Positions 27,210 through 37,306 of a stretch of 64,000 nucleotides of DNA are shown one piece after another. Positions within the stretch are counted from its first letter, which is position 1, and every line of letters starts with the position of its first letter. This DNA is from a virus (taxonomy: Duplodnaviria > Caudoviricetes): the IMG/VR virus record IMGVR_UViG_2588253903_000005, positions 11,653 to 75,652 of that record. One strand, 5' to 3'. Both the position numbers and the translations under genes were made by a program. The notes beneath the pieces are model-generated. The model was not told the origin of the DNA, made no database searches, and saw nothing but the letters and a program-made list of their open reading frames with translations.

Positions 27210-28781
27210 ATGCAAATAGGCAGATTGGAAATCTTTACAGACGAGCCGGAAATCACAGAGAAAAATGTAATAAGGGTTTTGAGGAACGCACTGCCAAAGC
27301 ATTTAATCAATGCCGCACGGTGCGATTTTTTGTTGAATTATGAAGCCGGGGAACAGCCGAATACAGCAATCAAAACAACCAGAAAAGACATTCAAAGTTT
27401 CTGCCCTGATAACTTAGCGCACAAAATCACGGAATTTAAGCTCGGATTTATCTGGGGTTTCCCAATAAGCATGGTGCAGAGAGGGGAAAAAGACAGTGGA
27501 GAAAAGAAAGACGAATCCACATCTATTGCACTGCTTAACGAGCAATACGAAATGGCAAAGGTGAGAAAAAGGACACAGGAGCTTGCAAGGTTCATTGAGA
27601 TATGTGGAACAGGGTTTAGTTACATAGATATAAACACGGAATATGAAGAAGGAGATAGCTACTTCGCATTAAACATACTAGACCCAAGAACAACATTTAT
27701 TGTCAAGTCAAGATATTATCCAGACCATAGACCTTTGCTTGCAGTGTCTTACCGAGAAGATGAAATGGGAAACAAATATTTTACCTGCTTCACGAAACAG
27801 CAAAGATTTGAAATCTCCGGCGCACTGAAAATAAAAAACGGGAAAATACAAAAAGATGATAATGGAGAGCCAATCACAAATTGGTTTGAAAGGGAGCGAA
27901 GCGGGGAAAAAAACCCGCTCGGAATGCTACCGATAATTGAGTGGATTCGTTCTTATGACAGAATGGGATGTTTTGAACACCAGATACCGGCAATGAACGA
28001 CCTTAATGCTTTACGCTCGAATTTTATGAACTCGATACAGCAGAACACAAATTCTCTCTGGCATTACAACGATGTGGACTTCCCTGTAGACGAAAACGGA
28101 AACGAAATAAACCCGAAGACAGGAGAGATTGTCAGGACGTTCACCACGCAGGACGGAAAATCCCCGACAATAAACCCTCTGACACTTGATTACAACTATG
28201 ATGGGCTTTTAAATAAAATAGTTTATGACAGGTCGATCATTCTGGAAGAGTGCGACGTTCCGCAAAGAAGCGAAAATGTTTCAAATTCAACCGGAATAGC
28301 AACATCGGATGCTACAGGATGGAGCGCAGCGGAAAACGCAGCGAATAAGCAGCAAAACATTACAGAAGATTGCAAAATGGAAGAAGTGAGGGTTGTTTGC
28401 AGGGCAATGCAAATTTCTCCCTACATTCCACAGGACAGCCCGATTTTAGACATAAAATATTCGGACACAAAGCCAAACATAAAAAGGCAGAAAAATTATG
28501 AACTAACGATAAAGGCAAATTACATGGCAACGTTGCTGAATTTGGGATTTTATGGAGAACACGTTATCAAAGGAGCAAATGCGTTTGACGACCCAGAGCA
28601 GGTATGGATTGACAGCCGGGAAATGATAGAGGCTATTCAGAAAAGTAAAATCACAAAACCAACGGCTAACGAAGGAACAGAAGAAACAAGGACAACAGAC
28701 GGCGGAATAGAAGCGCAAATATCTAATTCGCCAATGCTTGACGGAATGTCAAAAGAAAACCCAGAGAAAGCGGAGGGATGA
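27210..28781 (+). CDS. Portal protein (SPP1 gp6-like)
   Basis: 523 aa, position before the head genes, SPP1-portal-like pattern. Confidence 0.85.
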   Translation: MQIGRLEIFTDEPEITEKNVIRVLRNALPKHLINAARCDFLLNYEAGEQPNTAIKTTRKDIQSFCPDNLAHKITEFKLGFIWGFPISMVQRGEKDSGEKKDESTSIALLNEQYEMAKVRKRTQELARFIEICGTGFSYIDINTEYEEGDSYFALNILDPRTTFIVKSRYYPDHRPLLAVSYREDEMGNKYFTCFTKQQRFEISGALKIKNGKIQKDDNGEPITNWFERERSGEKNPLGMLPIIEWIRSYDRMGCFEHQIPAMNDLNALRSNFMNSIQQNTNSLWHYNDVDFPVDENGNEINPKTGEIVRTFTTQDGKSPTINPLTLDYNYDGLLNKIVYDRSIILEECDVPQRSENVSNSTGIATSDATGWSAAENAANKQQNITEDCKMEEVRVVCRAMQISPYIPQDSPILDIKYSDTKPNIKRQKNYELTIKANYMATLLNLGFYGEHVIKGANAFDDPEQVWIDSREMIEAIQKSKITKPTANEGTEETRTTDGGIEAQISNSPMLDGMSKENPEKAEG

Positions 28782-28787
28782 TAAGAT

Positions 28788-29411
28788 GTGAGAGAAATTG
28801 ACGAGTTAAACGACTTTTCAGAAGATGAAATATTAGACATAGATGCCTATTTTGATGAAATGGAACTTTCAGAAGAGGGAAAGGAAGAAAGAAAGAAATT
28901 CGCAAAGGATATGAAAGAAATCATTCTTTTTCTTTTCTCTCTTTTTCTTGTGATGAAAGAAAAAAGTTATATGGATAAGCGGTTTATCGTATCGCAGATA
29001 CAGTCAAGATATTCAGACTTGGTTGTTGAATATATGAAAATCGACAAATACATTGAAGAACACATAAAGGAATTTTCAGAAGAAACAGTTGATACTACGC
29101 TAAAACACATTGACGAAGAATTTTATCTTTCGGAAGACAGAGGCGTACTTATATCTGTCAACGAAGCAAACAGTACGCTAAATTACAAAGATTTTGCAAA
29201 TGCGATAGCAGACGGAAAAACAGAAAAACAATGGATAACAGAAAAAGACCAAAAGGTAAGGAAAACACACAAAAGGTTAGACAGTATGATAATTCCAATA
29301 GAAGATACGTTCGTTGTTGGAAATACGCTCATGCGATTCCCGCATGACACTTTTTATGGAATTGATTACAAGGAACTTTCGAATTGCCGCTGTACAGTGC
29401 GGTACATTTAA
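28788..29411 (+). CDS. Minor head protein (Mu F / SPP1 gp7-like)
   Basis: KQWIT.KD.KVR.TH...F.VG...MRFPHD...NCRC. Confidence 0.8.
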   Translation: MREIDELNDFSEDEILDIDAYFDEMELSEEGKEERKKFAKDMKEIILFLFSLFLVMKEKSYMDKRFIVSQIQSRYSDLVVEYMKIDKYIEEHIKEFSEETVDTTLKHIDEEFYLSEDRGVLISVNEANSTLNYKDFANAIADGKTEKQWITEKDQKVRKTHKRLDSMIIPIEDTFVVGNTLMRFPHDTFYGIDYKELSNCRCTVRYI

Positions 29412-29437
29412 AACTAAATATTTTCAGCAATTAAGCA

Positions 29438-29465
29438 CATGGAGAAATCCGTGTGCTTTTATTTT
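29438..29465 (+). terminator. Terminator-like hairpin
   Basis: GCACATGGA-GAAA-TCCGTGTGC followed by T-rich sequence. Confidence 0.55.
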
Positions 29466-29575
29466 GCGCTAGGGACAGCGCAATACAAGTTTCGCAAAAC
29501 GATAGGGAAATCGAAAATCGCAAACCCAAAAATATTGTGAGGGAACACATTAAAACGCAGAAAGAGGTAAGAAGA

Positions 29576-30271
29576 ATGAGCAAAGAAAGCAGAAAAATCC
29601 CAATGAACCTACAGTTTTTTGCAGAGCCGGGAGAGCAAGACGGACAGCAGACACCGCCAGCAGATGACGGAAAAGAGCAAGACGGACAGCAGACACCGCC
29701 AACAGATGACGGAAAAGAGCAAGACGGCCAGCAGACACCGCCAGCAGATGACGGAAAAGAGCCTACTGTTCAGGAACTTATGGTAGAACTCGCCAAGGTG
29801 AAAAAGGCACAGGAGCGCGCCGCAAGCGAGGCGGCAGAGTACAAGAAAAAGTACAACGCAAAGCTGTCTGAAAAAGAAAGGGTAGACGCAGAAAAGGCAG
29901 AGCGAGAAGCGGAAAGGGAAGAACAATTCCAGCAGCTTTTGAGGGAAAACAAAATCAACAAACTGGAAAAGTATTACCTTGGCGAGCTTAAATACACGCC
30001 GGACGAAGCAAGCCAGATGGCGATCGCAGAGGTTGACGACGATTTTGATGCAAAATTGAAAATCCAGCTTGCCGTAGACAAGAGGAAAAAGAAAGAGTAT
30101 GAAGCGGAATTTATTAAATCAAGACCGCAGATGAATGCCGGAACGGGTGACGGAAAGGTTGTTACATTAGAACAGTTTACAAAGATGGGGGTAGCGGACA
30201 GGGTTAAACTCAAACGCTCCGACCCAGACGGATATGAAAGATTAAGGAAAGCAGAACAAGGAGGAAAATAA
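29576..30271 (+). CDS. Capsid scaffold protein (DUF4355-like)
   Basis: N-terminal MNLQFFAE, acidic repeats, coiled coil, upstream of the capsid gene. Confidence 0.8.
   Translation: MSKESRKIPMNLQFFAEPGEQDGQQTPPADDGKEQDGQQTPPTDDGKEQDGQQTPPADDGKEPTVQELMVELAKVKKAQERAASEAAEYKKKYNAKLSEKERVDAEKAEREAEREEQFQQLLRENKINKLEKYYLGELKYTPDEASQMAIAEVDDDFDAKLKIQLAVDKRKKKEYEAEFIKSRPQMNAGTGDGKVVTLEQFTKMGVADRVKLKRSDPDGYERLRKAEQGGK
29633..29758 (+). repeat. Three 42-bp tandem repeats (EQDGQQTPP[A/T]DDGK)
   Basis: Units start at 29633, 29675 and 29717. Confidence 0.95.
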
Positions 30272-30274
30272 AGT

Positions 30275-31108
30275 ATGGCATTACCAGCAGGAGTTACAGG
30301 AATCGCAGATTTGTTCGACCCAGAGGTGGTCGGAGACCTTATTAACAAAAAGCTGATTGACGCAATTAGGTTTACGCCGCTTGCACTTGTAGATGATACG
30401 CTTGAAGGGCAGCCAGGGAGCAAGGTGAAACTTCCGTCATTTAATTATGTAGGAAGCGCAGAGAAGGTAGCAGAAGATGAAGACCTGCCAATCAAGAAAT
30501 TAACGCAGACCGAAGAAGAAGTTGAAATCATGGAGTATGGTCTTGGAATTGAGATTACAGACAGAGGGGCTGTTATGGGATTTGGAGATCCTCTTGATGA
30601 AGCTGCAAGGCAGATTACGATTGCTGTTGCAGACGGGGTAGAGAGCAGTTTGATTGATGCAGCAAGCACAACAGCTTCTTTGGTCGGAACATCTACAGCT
30701 ACAAAGGTTACAGACAGGATTGCAGAGGATTTGGAACTTTTCGGAGAGGAGATTGACGGAGAAAAAGTTCTTGTGGTTCCACCAAAAGTGCATACAGCAT
30801 TAAGGAAATCATCTGACTGGATTCCAAATACGCAGATGGGTGCAGACATCATTGTAAAGGGAACGGTTGGCATGATTTACGGCTGCCAGATTGTCACGTC
30901 CAACAGGCTGAAAACAAAGAATGAGGGATTTATCATCAAACCAGGCGCACTGGCTATCATTTCAAAGAGAAATACGCTTGTAGAGTTTGACAGGGATATT
31001 CTTGGAAGAAAAACCCTGATTACAGGCTCCAAAATGTTTGCTCCGTATGTTTACGACAAGAGCAAGTTAATCAAGATTAGCTTCGGTGGGGGAAACACCG
31101 GAGCATAA
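30275..31108 (+). CDS. Major capsid protein (N4-gp56-like)
   Basis: LFDPEV...DDTLEGQPG..V.LPSF.Y.G.AE.VAE...IITKPGAL...VEFDRDI. Confidence 0.85.
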   Translation: MALPAGVTGIADLFDPEVVGDLINKKLIDAIRFTPLALVDDTLEGQPGSKVKLPSFNYVGSAEKVAEDEDLPIKKLTQTEEEVEIMEYGLGIEITDRGAVMGFGDPLDEAARQITIAVADGVESSLIDAASTTASLVGTSTATKVTDRIAEDLELFGEEIDGEKVLVVPPKVHTALRKSSDWIPNTQMGADIIVKGTVGMIYGCQIVTSNRLKTKNEGFIIKPGALAIISKRNTLVEFDRDILGRKTLITGSKMFAPYVYDKSKLIKISFGGGNTGA

Positions 31109-31120
31109 GGAGGAAACGTT

Positions 31121-31372
31121 ATGGGAATGATTTACCACAAAAAAAGAATGTGGTCTAAGCTGAAAGAAAAGGAAGGGGAAACTCTTCCTTTTTCTGATTC
31201 TGATATTGAATTTGAAGAAAGGCCAGAGGAGCAGCAATATACCAAGACCGACATTCAGCGCATGAGTAAAGATGACCTTGTTTCACTTGCGTCAGAAGTC
31301 GGAATTGAGGGAGCAGGAGAAATGAATGGAGCAGACCTTAAAAGGGAACTGATAGAACATTTTGAACTTTAG
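31121..31372 (+). CDS. Small head-region protein with Rho-N/HeH-like motif
   Basis: MSKDDLVSLASEVGI...MNGADLKRELIE. Confidence 0.6.
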   Translation: MGMIYHKKRMWSKLKEKEGETLPFSDSDIEFEERPEEQQYTKTDIQRMSKDDLVSLASEVGIEGAGEMNGADLKRELIEHFEL

Positions 31373-31384
31373 GAGGTGGGCGGT

Positions 31385-31720
31385 ATGCTGACCTTAGAAT
31401 ATGAGCTATTGGAAGATTTGAAAGAGGAATTATCCGCAACAGACCCCAAGTTTAAGCCTGAACTTATAAAGCTAAAAATCAAAAATGCAATAAGGGAAGT
31501 GAAACGGGCAAGGAACTACCCGAAACACTATACAGAAAGCGCAATCGTGGAAGATTTGGAAAACTACTATTCCAACATCCGAAACATTGCGCTTTTTGAT
31601 TACAACATGATAGGTGCAGAGGGGCAGTCGTCATCATCCGAAAATGGAACATCGAGGAATTTCATAGACCGGGATAAGCTGTTTAGCGGCATTATACCGT
31701 TGTCAAGGACAGGGAGGTAA
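31385..31720 (+). CDS. Head-tail connector
   Basis: Position; GAEGQSSSSENGTSRNF motif. Confidence 0.7.
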   Translation: MLTLEYELLEDLKEELSATDPKFKPELIKLKIKNAIREVKRARNYPKHYTESAIVEDLENYYSNIRNIALFDYNMIGAEGQSSSSENGTSRNFIDRDKLFSGIIPLSRTGR

Positions 31721-31724
31721 TAAA

Positions 31725-32558
31725 TTGAAATATCTTGAATTTGATATAAAAAATATGGCAATCAGCCGAACAGCAGGAGATAAAACCGCGCTTATCAGCG
31801 GCGCAGTTAATTATTTTGGACTGCACTTTAATTTTGGTGATGAATTTGCAGAAATCCCAGGCACAAAATCGGTTGAGTTTTACAAAAACCGCAACAAAAT
31901 CAGGGTTGACCTTGTTGACAATCAGTGCGCCGTTCCTAATGAATTGCTGACTGATAACAAAAATTTTGAAATGCGAGTTATCAGTGGAAATACAATCGGC
32001 ACAACATGGACAAGCGTAGGTATCACAGAAAGTGGAATCGTCATGCCAGAAGAACCAGAAGAAGAAGCACCGTCTGGCATGGAATATGTAAAAACCGCAA
32101 GCGGCGAAAATGCCGCTCCATATCTTCGAGCGAGCACAAACGGTCTTGAATATTCTCAAAATGGTGAAGACTGGAATAGCGGCGTATCAGGCGTACCAGA
32201 AGTGCCGTCAAGACCAAAAGGTTCAGTATACCTTCGCAAAAATGGGGACTGGGTAAATGCAGAAGAATATCTTGCGGAAAACGGCGGAGAAACAAATGTC
32301 ATTAACGAAGTACAGGTTGACGGAACTGCACTGCCAGTCACGGACAAATCAGTAAACATTGACCTGTCTGCATATGCAAAAACAGCCGACCTTGCAAGCG
32401 AATATGCCACAAAAACGGAGGTTGCGGCATTGCAGACCTTGACAGGCACAGCGGAAACGGTAACAGATGTTGATTACAGCACAACGGATATATCTGATGT
32501 TATAACATCATACAACGCATTACTTTCTGCATTACGTGCAAGAGGGGTAATTGCATAA
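31725..32558 (+). CDS. Putative virion protein (head fibre/decoration-like C-terminus)
   Basis: Ends VITSYNALLSALRARGVIA; beta-rich N-terminus. Confidence 0.5.
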   Translation: MKYLEFDIKNMAISRTAGDKTALISGAVNYFGLHFNFGDEFAEIPGTKSVEFYKNRNKIRVDLVDNQCAVPNELLTDNKNFEMRVISGNTIGTTWTSVGITESGIVMPEEPEEEAPSGMEYVKTASGENAAPYLRASTNGLEYSQNGEDWNSGVSGVPEVPSRPKGSVYLRKNGDWVNAEEYLAENGGETNVINEVQVDGTALPVTDKSVNIDLSAYAKTADLASEYATKTEVAALQTLTGTAETVTDVDYSTTDISDVITSYNALLSALRARGVIA

Positions 32559-32691
32559 CAAGCGATTTTGGAAGATTGCGCGTGGCTTTAACCGTGTGTA
32601 TTTCCATACGGTTAGGGTTGCAGGGCATCCGCCATCAGGTGGTGGAGGGCAGGCGGATTAAAATTCTATTTGCGGAAAGGATTGAGCAAAT

Positions 32692-33030
32692 ATGACAGCA
32701 ACAACAGTAAGTGTTATTGCGGCGGTTATAAGCGCATTATCGCTTTTATCAATGATTTACTTTAACTTTAAGAGCGGAAAGCGAACAGAAACGAAAGACA
32801 CAGAGGAATACACAAAAGAACGAATTGAGGAAATCAAGGAACGCACTAAAGAAAACGCAATGATAAGCGGAAAACTTGACCTCATCAATTTGAGCAATCA
32901 GGAGATTAAGGAGCAGATTTCTTCTCTTGTAAAAAAAGTTGATGCTCACGGAGACAGGCTAACCAAGGTAGAGGAAAGCCTTGTTACAGCATGGAAGCGG
33001 ATTGATGAAATTATTGAAAAGATTGAATAA
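32692..33030 (+). CDS. Membrane-anchored coiled-coil protein (lysis-associated)
   Basis: N-terminal TM helix, coiled coil, immediately before the holin. Confidence 0.6.
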   Translation: MTATTVSVIAAVISALSLLSMIYFNFKSGKRTETKDTEEYTKERIEEIKERTKENAMISGKLDLINLSNQEIKEQISSLVKKVDAHGDRLTKVEESLVTAWKRIDEIIEKIE

Positions 33031-33045
33031 GGAGGACGACGAATA

Positions 33046-33249
33046 ATGAGTGACAAAACAAAGAGGTGGATTAAGGCAGCAGGAATCCGGGCCGGAAAAA
33101 CTGCGGCACAGGTAGCCTTGTCAATGCTGACGGTAGGGCAGGCGGTTATGGATGTGAACTGGATAAATGTATTATCAGTATCAGCAGTGGCAGCGGTTAT
33201 TTCTATCCTGACAAGCATTGCAGGGTTGCCAGAGGTTAAGGAGGACTGA
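33046..33249 (+). CDS. Holin (r1t-like)
   Basis: WIKAAGIRAGKTAAQ...VNWINVLS...ILTSIAGLPEV. Confidence 0.85.
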   Translation: MSDKTKRWIKAAGIRAGKTAAQVALSMLTVGQAVMDVNWINVLSVSAVAAVISILTSIAGLPEVKED

Positions 33250-33448
33250 CGATGATTGAAATAATCACAAAAGGCGGAAGAATCTTTACATACGATAAAA
33301 ATGAATATGAGTGTCAGTACGACAAGAAGGCTGTCTTGATATTCAAAAACGGAGAAATTGTTGCCCTTTACAATTTAGACGTTGTGGCAACGCTTTCTGT
33401 TAAATAGGGGGCGATTTTATAAGAACCCTCCTAAAAAACAAGCAATCC

Positions 33449-33892
33449 ATGAAATACGCCCTCCAAATCGGAGAAGTGCCAATCTACAACCGTGACGAAA
33501 ACGGCGAAATCATCTATGAACACTACGAGGACAGCGACGGGAACATTATTTATTACGAAGATGAAAACGGAAATAAGATACCGTCTGAAACTGGGGAATA
33601 TGAGATAGACTATAGCGAGCCCGTCTCTTTTTTATCCAGTTTAGCAATGAGTGGCGGAGAGGCGGAGGCGCAGGAATTTGGCTTGTCGACCTCTGACTAT
33701 AACGCCACTCTGCTATGCCAAAAAGGTGCTTATCCAATCGTTGAGGGTAGCCTTATTTGGACGAAAAGCGAGGTAGGGTACAAAGATATCAATAATGAGA
33801 TTATCGACCCTATATCGGCAGATTATGAGATTATAAAGGTGTCTGAAAGTCTTAACTTTGTGAAGTATGTGTTAAAGGCTGTGGTTAAATAA
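33449..33892 (+). CDS. Head closure/neck protein
   Basis: Position; GEAEAQEFG...ADYEIIKVSESLN pattern. Confidence 0.6.
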   Translation: MKYALQIGEVPIYNRDENGEIIYEHYEDSDGNIIYYEDENGNKIPSETGEYEIDYSEPVSFLSSLAMSGGEAEAQEFGLSTSDYNATLLCQKGAYPIVEGSLIWTKSEVGYKDINNEIIDPISADYEIIKVSESLNFVKYVLKAVVK

Positions 33893-33921
33893 AATAGACA
33901 GGCAGAAAGGAAGATAGAAAG

Positions 33922-34236
33922 ATGATTTTACAGTATTCAAATAATGGAACGGATTGTTACGAAGAATCGCAATCAATATGTTTTTTGCAAGTTCCGTTTA
34001 CAAAAAATGATGACATTGTAAGCATAATGGAAAGAGCAGAAAAACAAGTTTCTACAGTATGGGGAAAACCTACTTTTGAGCTTAGGTCAGATAACATGTT
34101 TCCAGAAAATGCAAAGTTTGCAAAAATTGCAATACTAAGCGAAAGAAACAGAGGAAAGTCAAGAGCGTTGATGTTTGGAGAAAAGACGGTTTTGTATTTG
34201 CTAAATGAAAACGGAAAAACTTTGAAAATGTTCTAA
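33922..34236 (+). CDS. Hypothetical protein
   Basis: ORF with RBS; ends LLNENGKTLKMF. Confidence 0.6.
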   Translation: MILQYSNNGTDCYEESQSICFLQVPFTKNDDIVSIMERAEKQVSTVWGKPTFELRSDNMFPENAKFAKIAILSERNRGKSRALMFGEKTVLYLLNENGKTLKMF

Positions 34237-34249
34237 GGTGGTGTTTGAC

Positions 34250-34573
34250 ATGGACAAGAAAACAGTAAATATTCTTGGAGCGGATTACACGATTGAAACA
34301 GATGAAGAAATACTAAAAGACGGCGCAGACGGTATCTGCCATCCATACTCCAACCGAATAAGGATAAGACCAAAAGAAAATATGCTCGGTGACGGAGATA
34401 CAAAAGAAGAAAAAGAGAAGTGTTATAAGGAAACGCTGTCTCACGAATGTATTCATGCATATTTTAGGGAAAGCGGACTGTACAGCTACATGAAGGACGA
34501 GGTTCTTGTAGATTGGATTGCAACGCAATTTCCAAAAATGGAAAAGACATTTAGGGAATTGGATATTTTGTAG
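34250..34573 (+). CDS. HExxH-motif small protein
   Basis: ETLSHECIHAYFRESGL. Confidence 0.6.
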   Translation: MDKKTVNILGADYTIETDEEILKDGADGICHPYSNRIRIRPKENMLGDGDTKEEKEKCYKETLSHECIHAYFRESGLYSYMKDEVLVDWIATQFPKMEKTFRELDIL

Positions 34574-34734
34574 GAGGTAGAAAATGGAAGATTTGTTTTA
34601 CAAAGACAATACAAAATTATGCGGAACACTTCAAGATGGTGTATTTTTCCCTTGCACCACTCTAATTCCAGAGTGGTTGAAGAAATCAGTAGAGAAATCT
34701 CTGAAATTTAATTTGTTAAACACAGAGATGGGTC

Positions 34735-35268
34735 ATGGCAAAGAAAACCCTTAAAGCCGACCTGTCTATTTCGTCAATCCGTAATCTCCAAAAGGAATTG
34801 GAAAAATACCGCAACAGTCTAACCTACAAAGCCAGACTGCTTGCAGAAAAACTTAGCGAGCGCGGCGTAGAAATCGCCAGAGTGCAGATAGCCGACCTCG
34901 ACGCAATCTTTACGGGCGAACTGATACAGAGCTTGCACAGCGAGTACAAGGCAAGTATGCCATACGGGGCGATATTTGCGGTAGTTACAGACTCCAAGCA
35001 CTGTGCCTTTGTTGAGTTCGGCACAGGACAACGTGGCGAGGACAAACCATACCCCTATCCTCTTCCAGAGGGTGTAAGCTGGGATTACAATGTCGGAAAG
35101 ACGATAAGACAGAACGCAACCACGGGAAGATATTACTGGTTTTATCCGGGGCAGGACGGGAAATGGCATTATACAGAGGGAATGCCGTCTCGTCCTTTTA
35201 TGTACCTTACAAGCATGGAACTGATAAGGGAAGTTCCGAAGATAGCTAAAGAAGTATTCGGGAAGTGA
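34735..35268 (+). CDS. Tail completion / HK97 gp10-like protein
   Basis: AFVEFGTG...TEGMPSRPFMY. Confidence 0.75.
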   Translation: MAKKTLKADLSISSIRNLQKELEKYRNSLTYKARLLAEKLSERGVEIARVQIADLDAIFTGELIQSLHSEYKASMPYGAIFAVVTDSKHCAFVEFGTGQRGEDKPYPYPLPEGVSWDYNVGKTIRQNATTGRYYWFYPGQDGKWHYTEGMPSRPFMYLTSMELIREVPKIAKEVFGK

Positions 35269-35324
35269 GAGGGGATCCTCTCTTTTTTAATTTAACAAAA
35301 TAAATCATCAGGAGGCATGAATTT

Positions 35325-36005
35325 ATGTTAGTAGAAATCATTGGAAAAAGAAACGAAGAAAGGCTTATCACTACAAGCCTTAAAATTGCTGAAAAGTTCG
35401 GTAAGGAACATGCCCATGTCCTTAGAGATATTCGGGATATGGAATGTAGCGATATGTTTAGAGAATCCAATTTTGGATTGTCCTCTTATAAGTCTGCACA
35501 AGGCAAGACATTGCCAATGTATGAAGTGACAAGGGATGGGTTCACCTTGCTGGCTATGGGATATACCGGAAAAGAAGCAATGAAGTTCAAAGAGGACTAC
35601 ATCAATGCGTTTAACGCAATGGAAAACGAATTAAAACGCATTTACACCGAGCGTCAACAATGGAAGATAGAGCGTGACAAAGGCGTTGTTATTCGTCACA
35701 TCCTCACAGACACAATCAAGATGAAGATTGCAGACAGCCCACACAAGCGGTTCGCATATCCAAATTATACAAATCTGATTTACCGAACTTTGTTTGGAAA
35801 AACTGCAAAAGAACTTGAACAGGAATGTGGCGTAAAGGCGAGAGAAAATTTAAGGGATTATTTTACCGGGAATGCCTTGGCACAGGTACAGAGCATGGAA
35901 ATGCTGGTTTCAAGCCTTATCGGGTGTGGCTGGGGATATGAAAAAATAAAAGAATTTGTGTCTGAAAACTGCAAATATAAGATTGAGGAGGAAAATCATG
36001 GTTAA
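35325..36005 (+). CDS. Rha-family phage regulatory protein
   Basis: TTSLKIAEKFGKEHAHVLRDI...YEVTRDGFTLLAMGYTGKEAMKFKEDYINAFNAME. Confidence 0.9.
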   Translation: MLVEIIGKRNEERLITTSLKIAEKFGKEHAHVLRDIRDMECSDMFRESNFGLSSYKSAQGKTLPMYEVTRDGFTLLAMGYTGKEAMKFKEDYINAFNAMENELKRIYTERQQWKIERDKGVVIRHILTDTIKMKIADSPHKRFAYPNYTNLIYRTLFGKTAKELEQECGVKARENLRDYFTGNALAQVQSMEMLVSSLIGCGWGYEKIKEFVSENCKYKIEEENHG

Positions 36006-36315
36006 AACAAAAATCACTGAAACAACAGAAAAATACGACAAGGACGGAAAGCTTGTTGAAAAGGTTGCAAGAGAGGAAAATTCGGAAGATGATACAGTTT
36101 ACACACCAGCCTATTTGAATCCAAACCTTAGTGGAACGTTGATTCATACAAACCCACCTTACTACTCATATTGCGGACAAAGAGAAAATTCGGAAAGTAA
36201 TTTCGGAGGAAGAATCGAGACCGGAACTGTACCATACGACAGAATCAAAACGGGAGAAATTACAGAGGGATTAGATTTTTCTGGCTTAAAAAATAAAGGA
36301 GAAACTACCATTTAA
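35998..36315 (+). CDS. Hypothetical protein
   Basis: GAGGAGG RBS before MVKTKITETTEKYD. Confidence 0.55.
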   Translation: MVKTKITETTEKYDKDGKLVEKVAREENSEDDTVYTPAYLNPNLSGTLIHTNPPYYSYCGQRENSESNFGGRIETGTVPYDRIKTGEITEGLDFSGLKNKGETTI

Positions 36316-36330
36316 AGGCAGGTGGTCTAA

Positions 36331-36726
36331 ATGCTTGACAGCATAGAAACGCAAGTGTTTTCGCTGATAAAAGCGAAGTTTTCCGCAAAGATAAAAGCGA
36401 AATACAAAGACCTCAATTTTACCACAAGCGACAGGTCATCAACAAAACCTAAATTTCCAACAGTGTACATACACATGGTTGATTCACAGGAAGCAGGTTC
36501 GGATTTGGAGGGAACATCAATACCAGGAGTTAATGCAGCGTTCCAAGTTGACGTTTCTGACAATCAAAACAACAACAGGACAGATGAAGTGGCGAGAGAG
36601 GTTTTAAGGATAATGAAAAGCATGAGATTTAAACCAATGCCTATGCCAATGCACAATAACACTGGGGATGTATACATCACCACGGCGAGATACAAAAGAG
36701 TAATAGGTGACGGAGACATATTGTAA
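36331..36726 (+). CDS. Tail terminator
   Basis: Position before the major tail gene; FPTVYIH...FQVDV. Confidence 0.7.
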   Translation: MLDSIETQVFSLIKAKFSAKIKAKYKDLNFTTSDRSSTKPKFPTVYIHMVDSQEAGSDLEGTSIPGVNAAFQVDVSDNQNNNRTDEVAREVLRIMKSMRFKPMPMPMHNNTGDVYITTARYKRVIGDGDIL

Positions 36727-36786
36727 CAGAAGCAAAGAGCAGAAACGCTCTTATTTTTATGCAAATTTTTAAGGAGGAATGAAATT

Positions 36787-37284
36787 ATGGCAGATACCAG
36801 TTATCTTGCAAGAGTAATCATAAAAGAGTTTGAGGGGGACATACATAGCGCAATCGATTTTAGTGGCGAGTACAAACTATTGGTAAGGGCTAAGTCAATC
36901 CCAAGCCCTGTATCAGCCCCCAATACGGTTGAAAGCACAACGCTTGAAGATGATACGCAGACGTTTGAAATGGGAATTAAAACAGCGGATACAAGAGAAA
37001 TAACAGGAAATCTTGAAAAGGAATACCTGCAAGCAATCAATAAGCTGAATGGAAAGAAACTCTGCATTTTTCATCTATACGGGACGCAGGGGATTGGAGG
37101 AACCGCAAAATATGCCTACGTAGGGCAGGCAACGGCAACGCCAAATGACGTTGGTGGAGTTGATGAAATCCTTGAAATGACAGTAACGGTTATTCCGAAC
37201 ACATCTGCCATCGAATGCACAGACGATTTTACCGTGGTTGATAACGGCGACGGAACATTCAATGTAACAAAGACGGGAGCATAA
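36787..37284 (+). CDS. Major tail protein
   Basis: IPSPVSAPNTVESTTLEDD..TFEMGIK pattern, position. Confidence 0.8.
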   Translation: MADTSYLARVIIKEFEGDIHSAIDFSGEYKLLVRAKSIPSPVSAPNTVESTTLEDDTQTFEMGIKTADTREITGNLEKEYLQAINKLNGKKLCIFHLYGTQGIGGTAKYAYVGQATATPNDVGGVDEILEMTVTVIPNTSAIECTDDFTVVDNGDGTFNVTKTGA

Positions 37285-37306
37285 TTCAAAGAAAGGAAAG
37301 TAAAAC

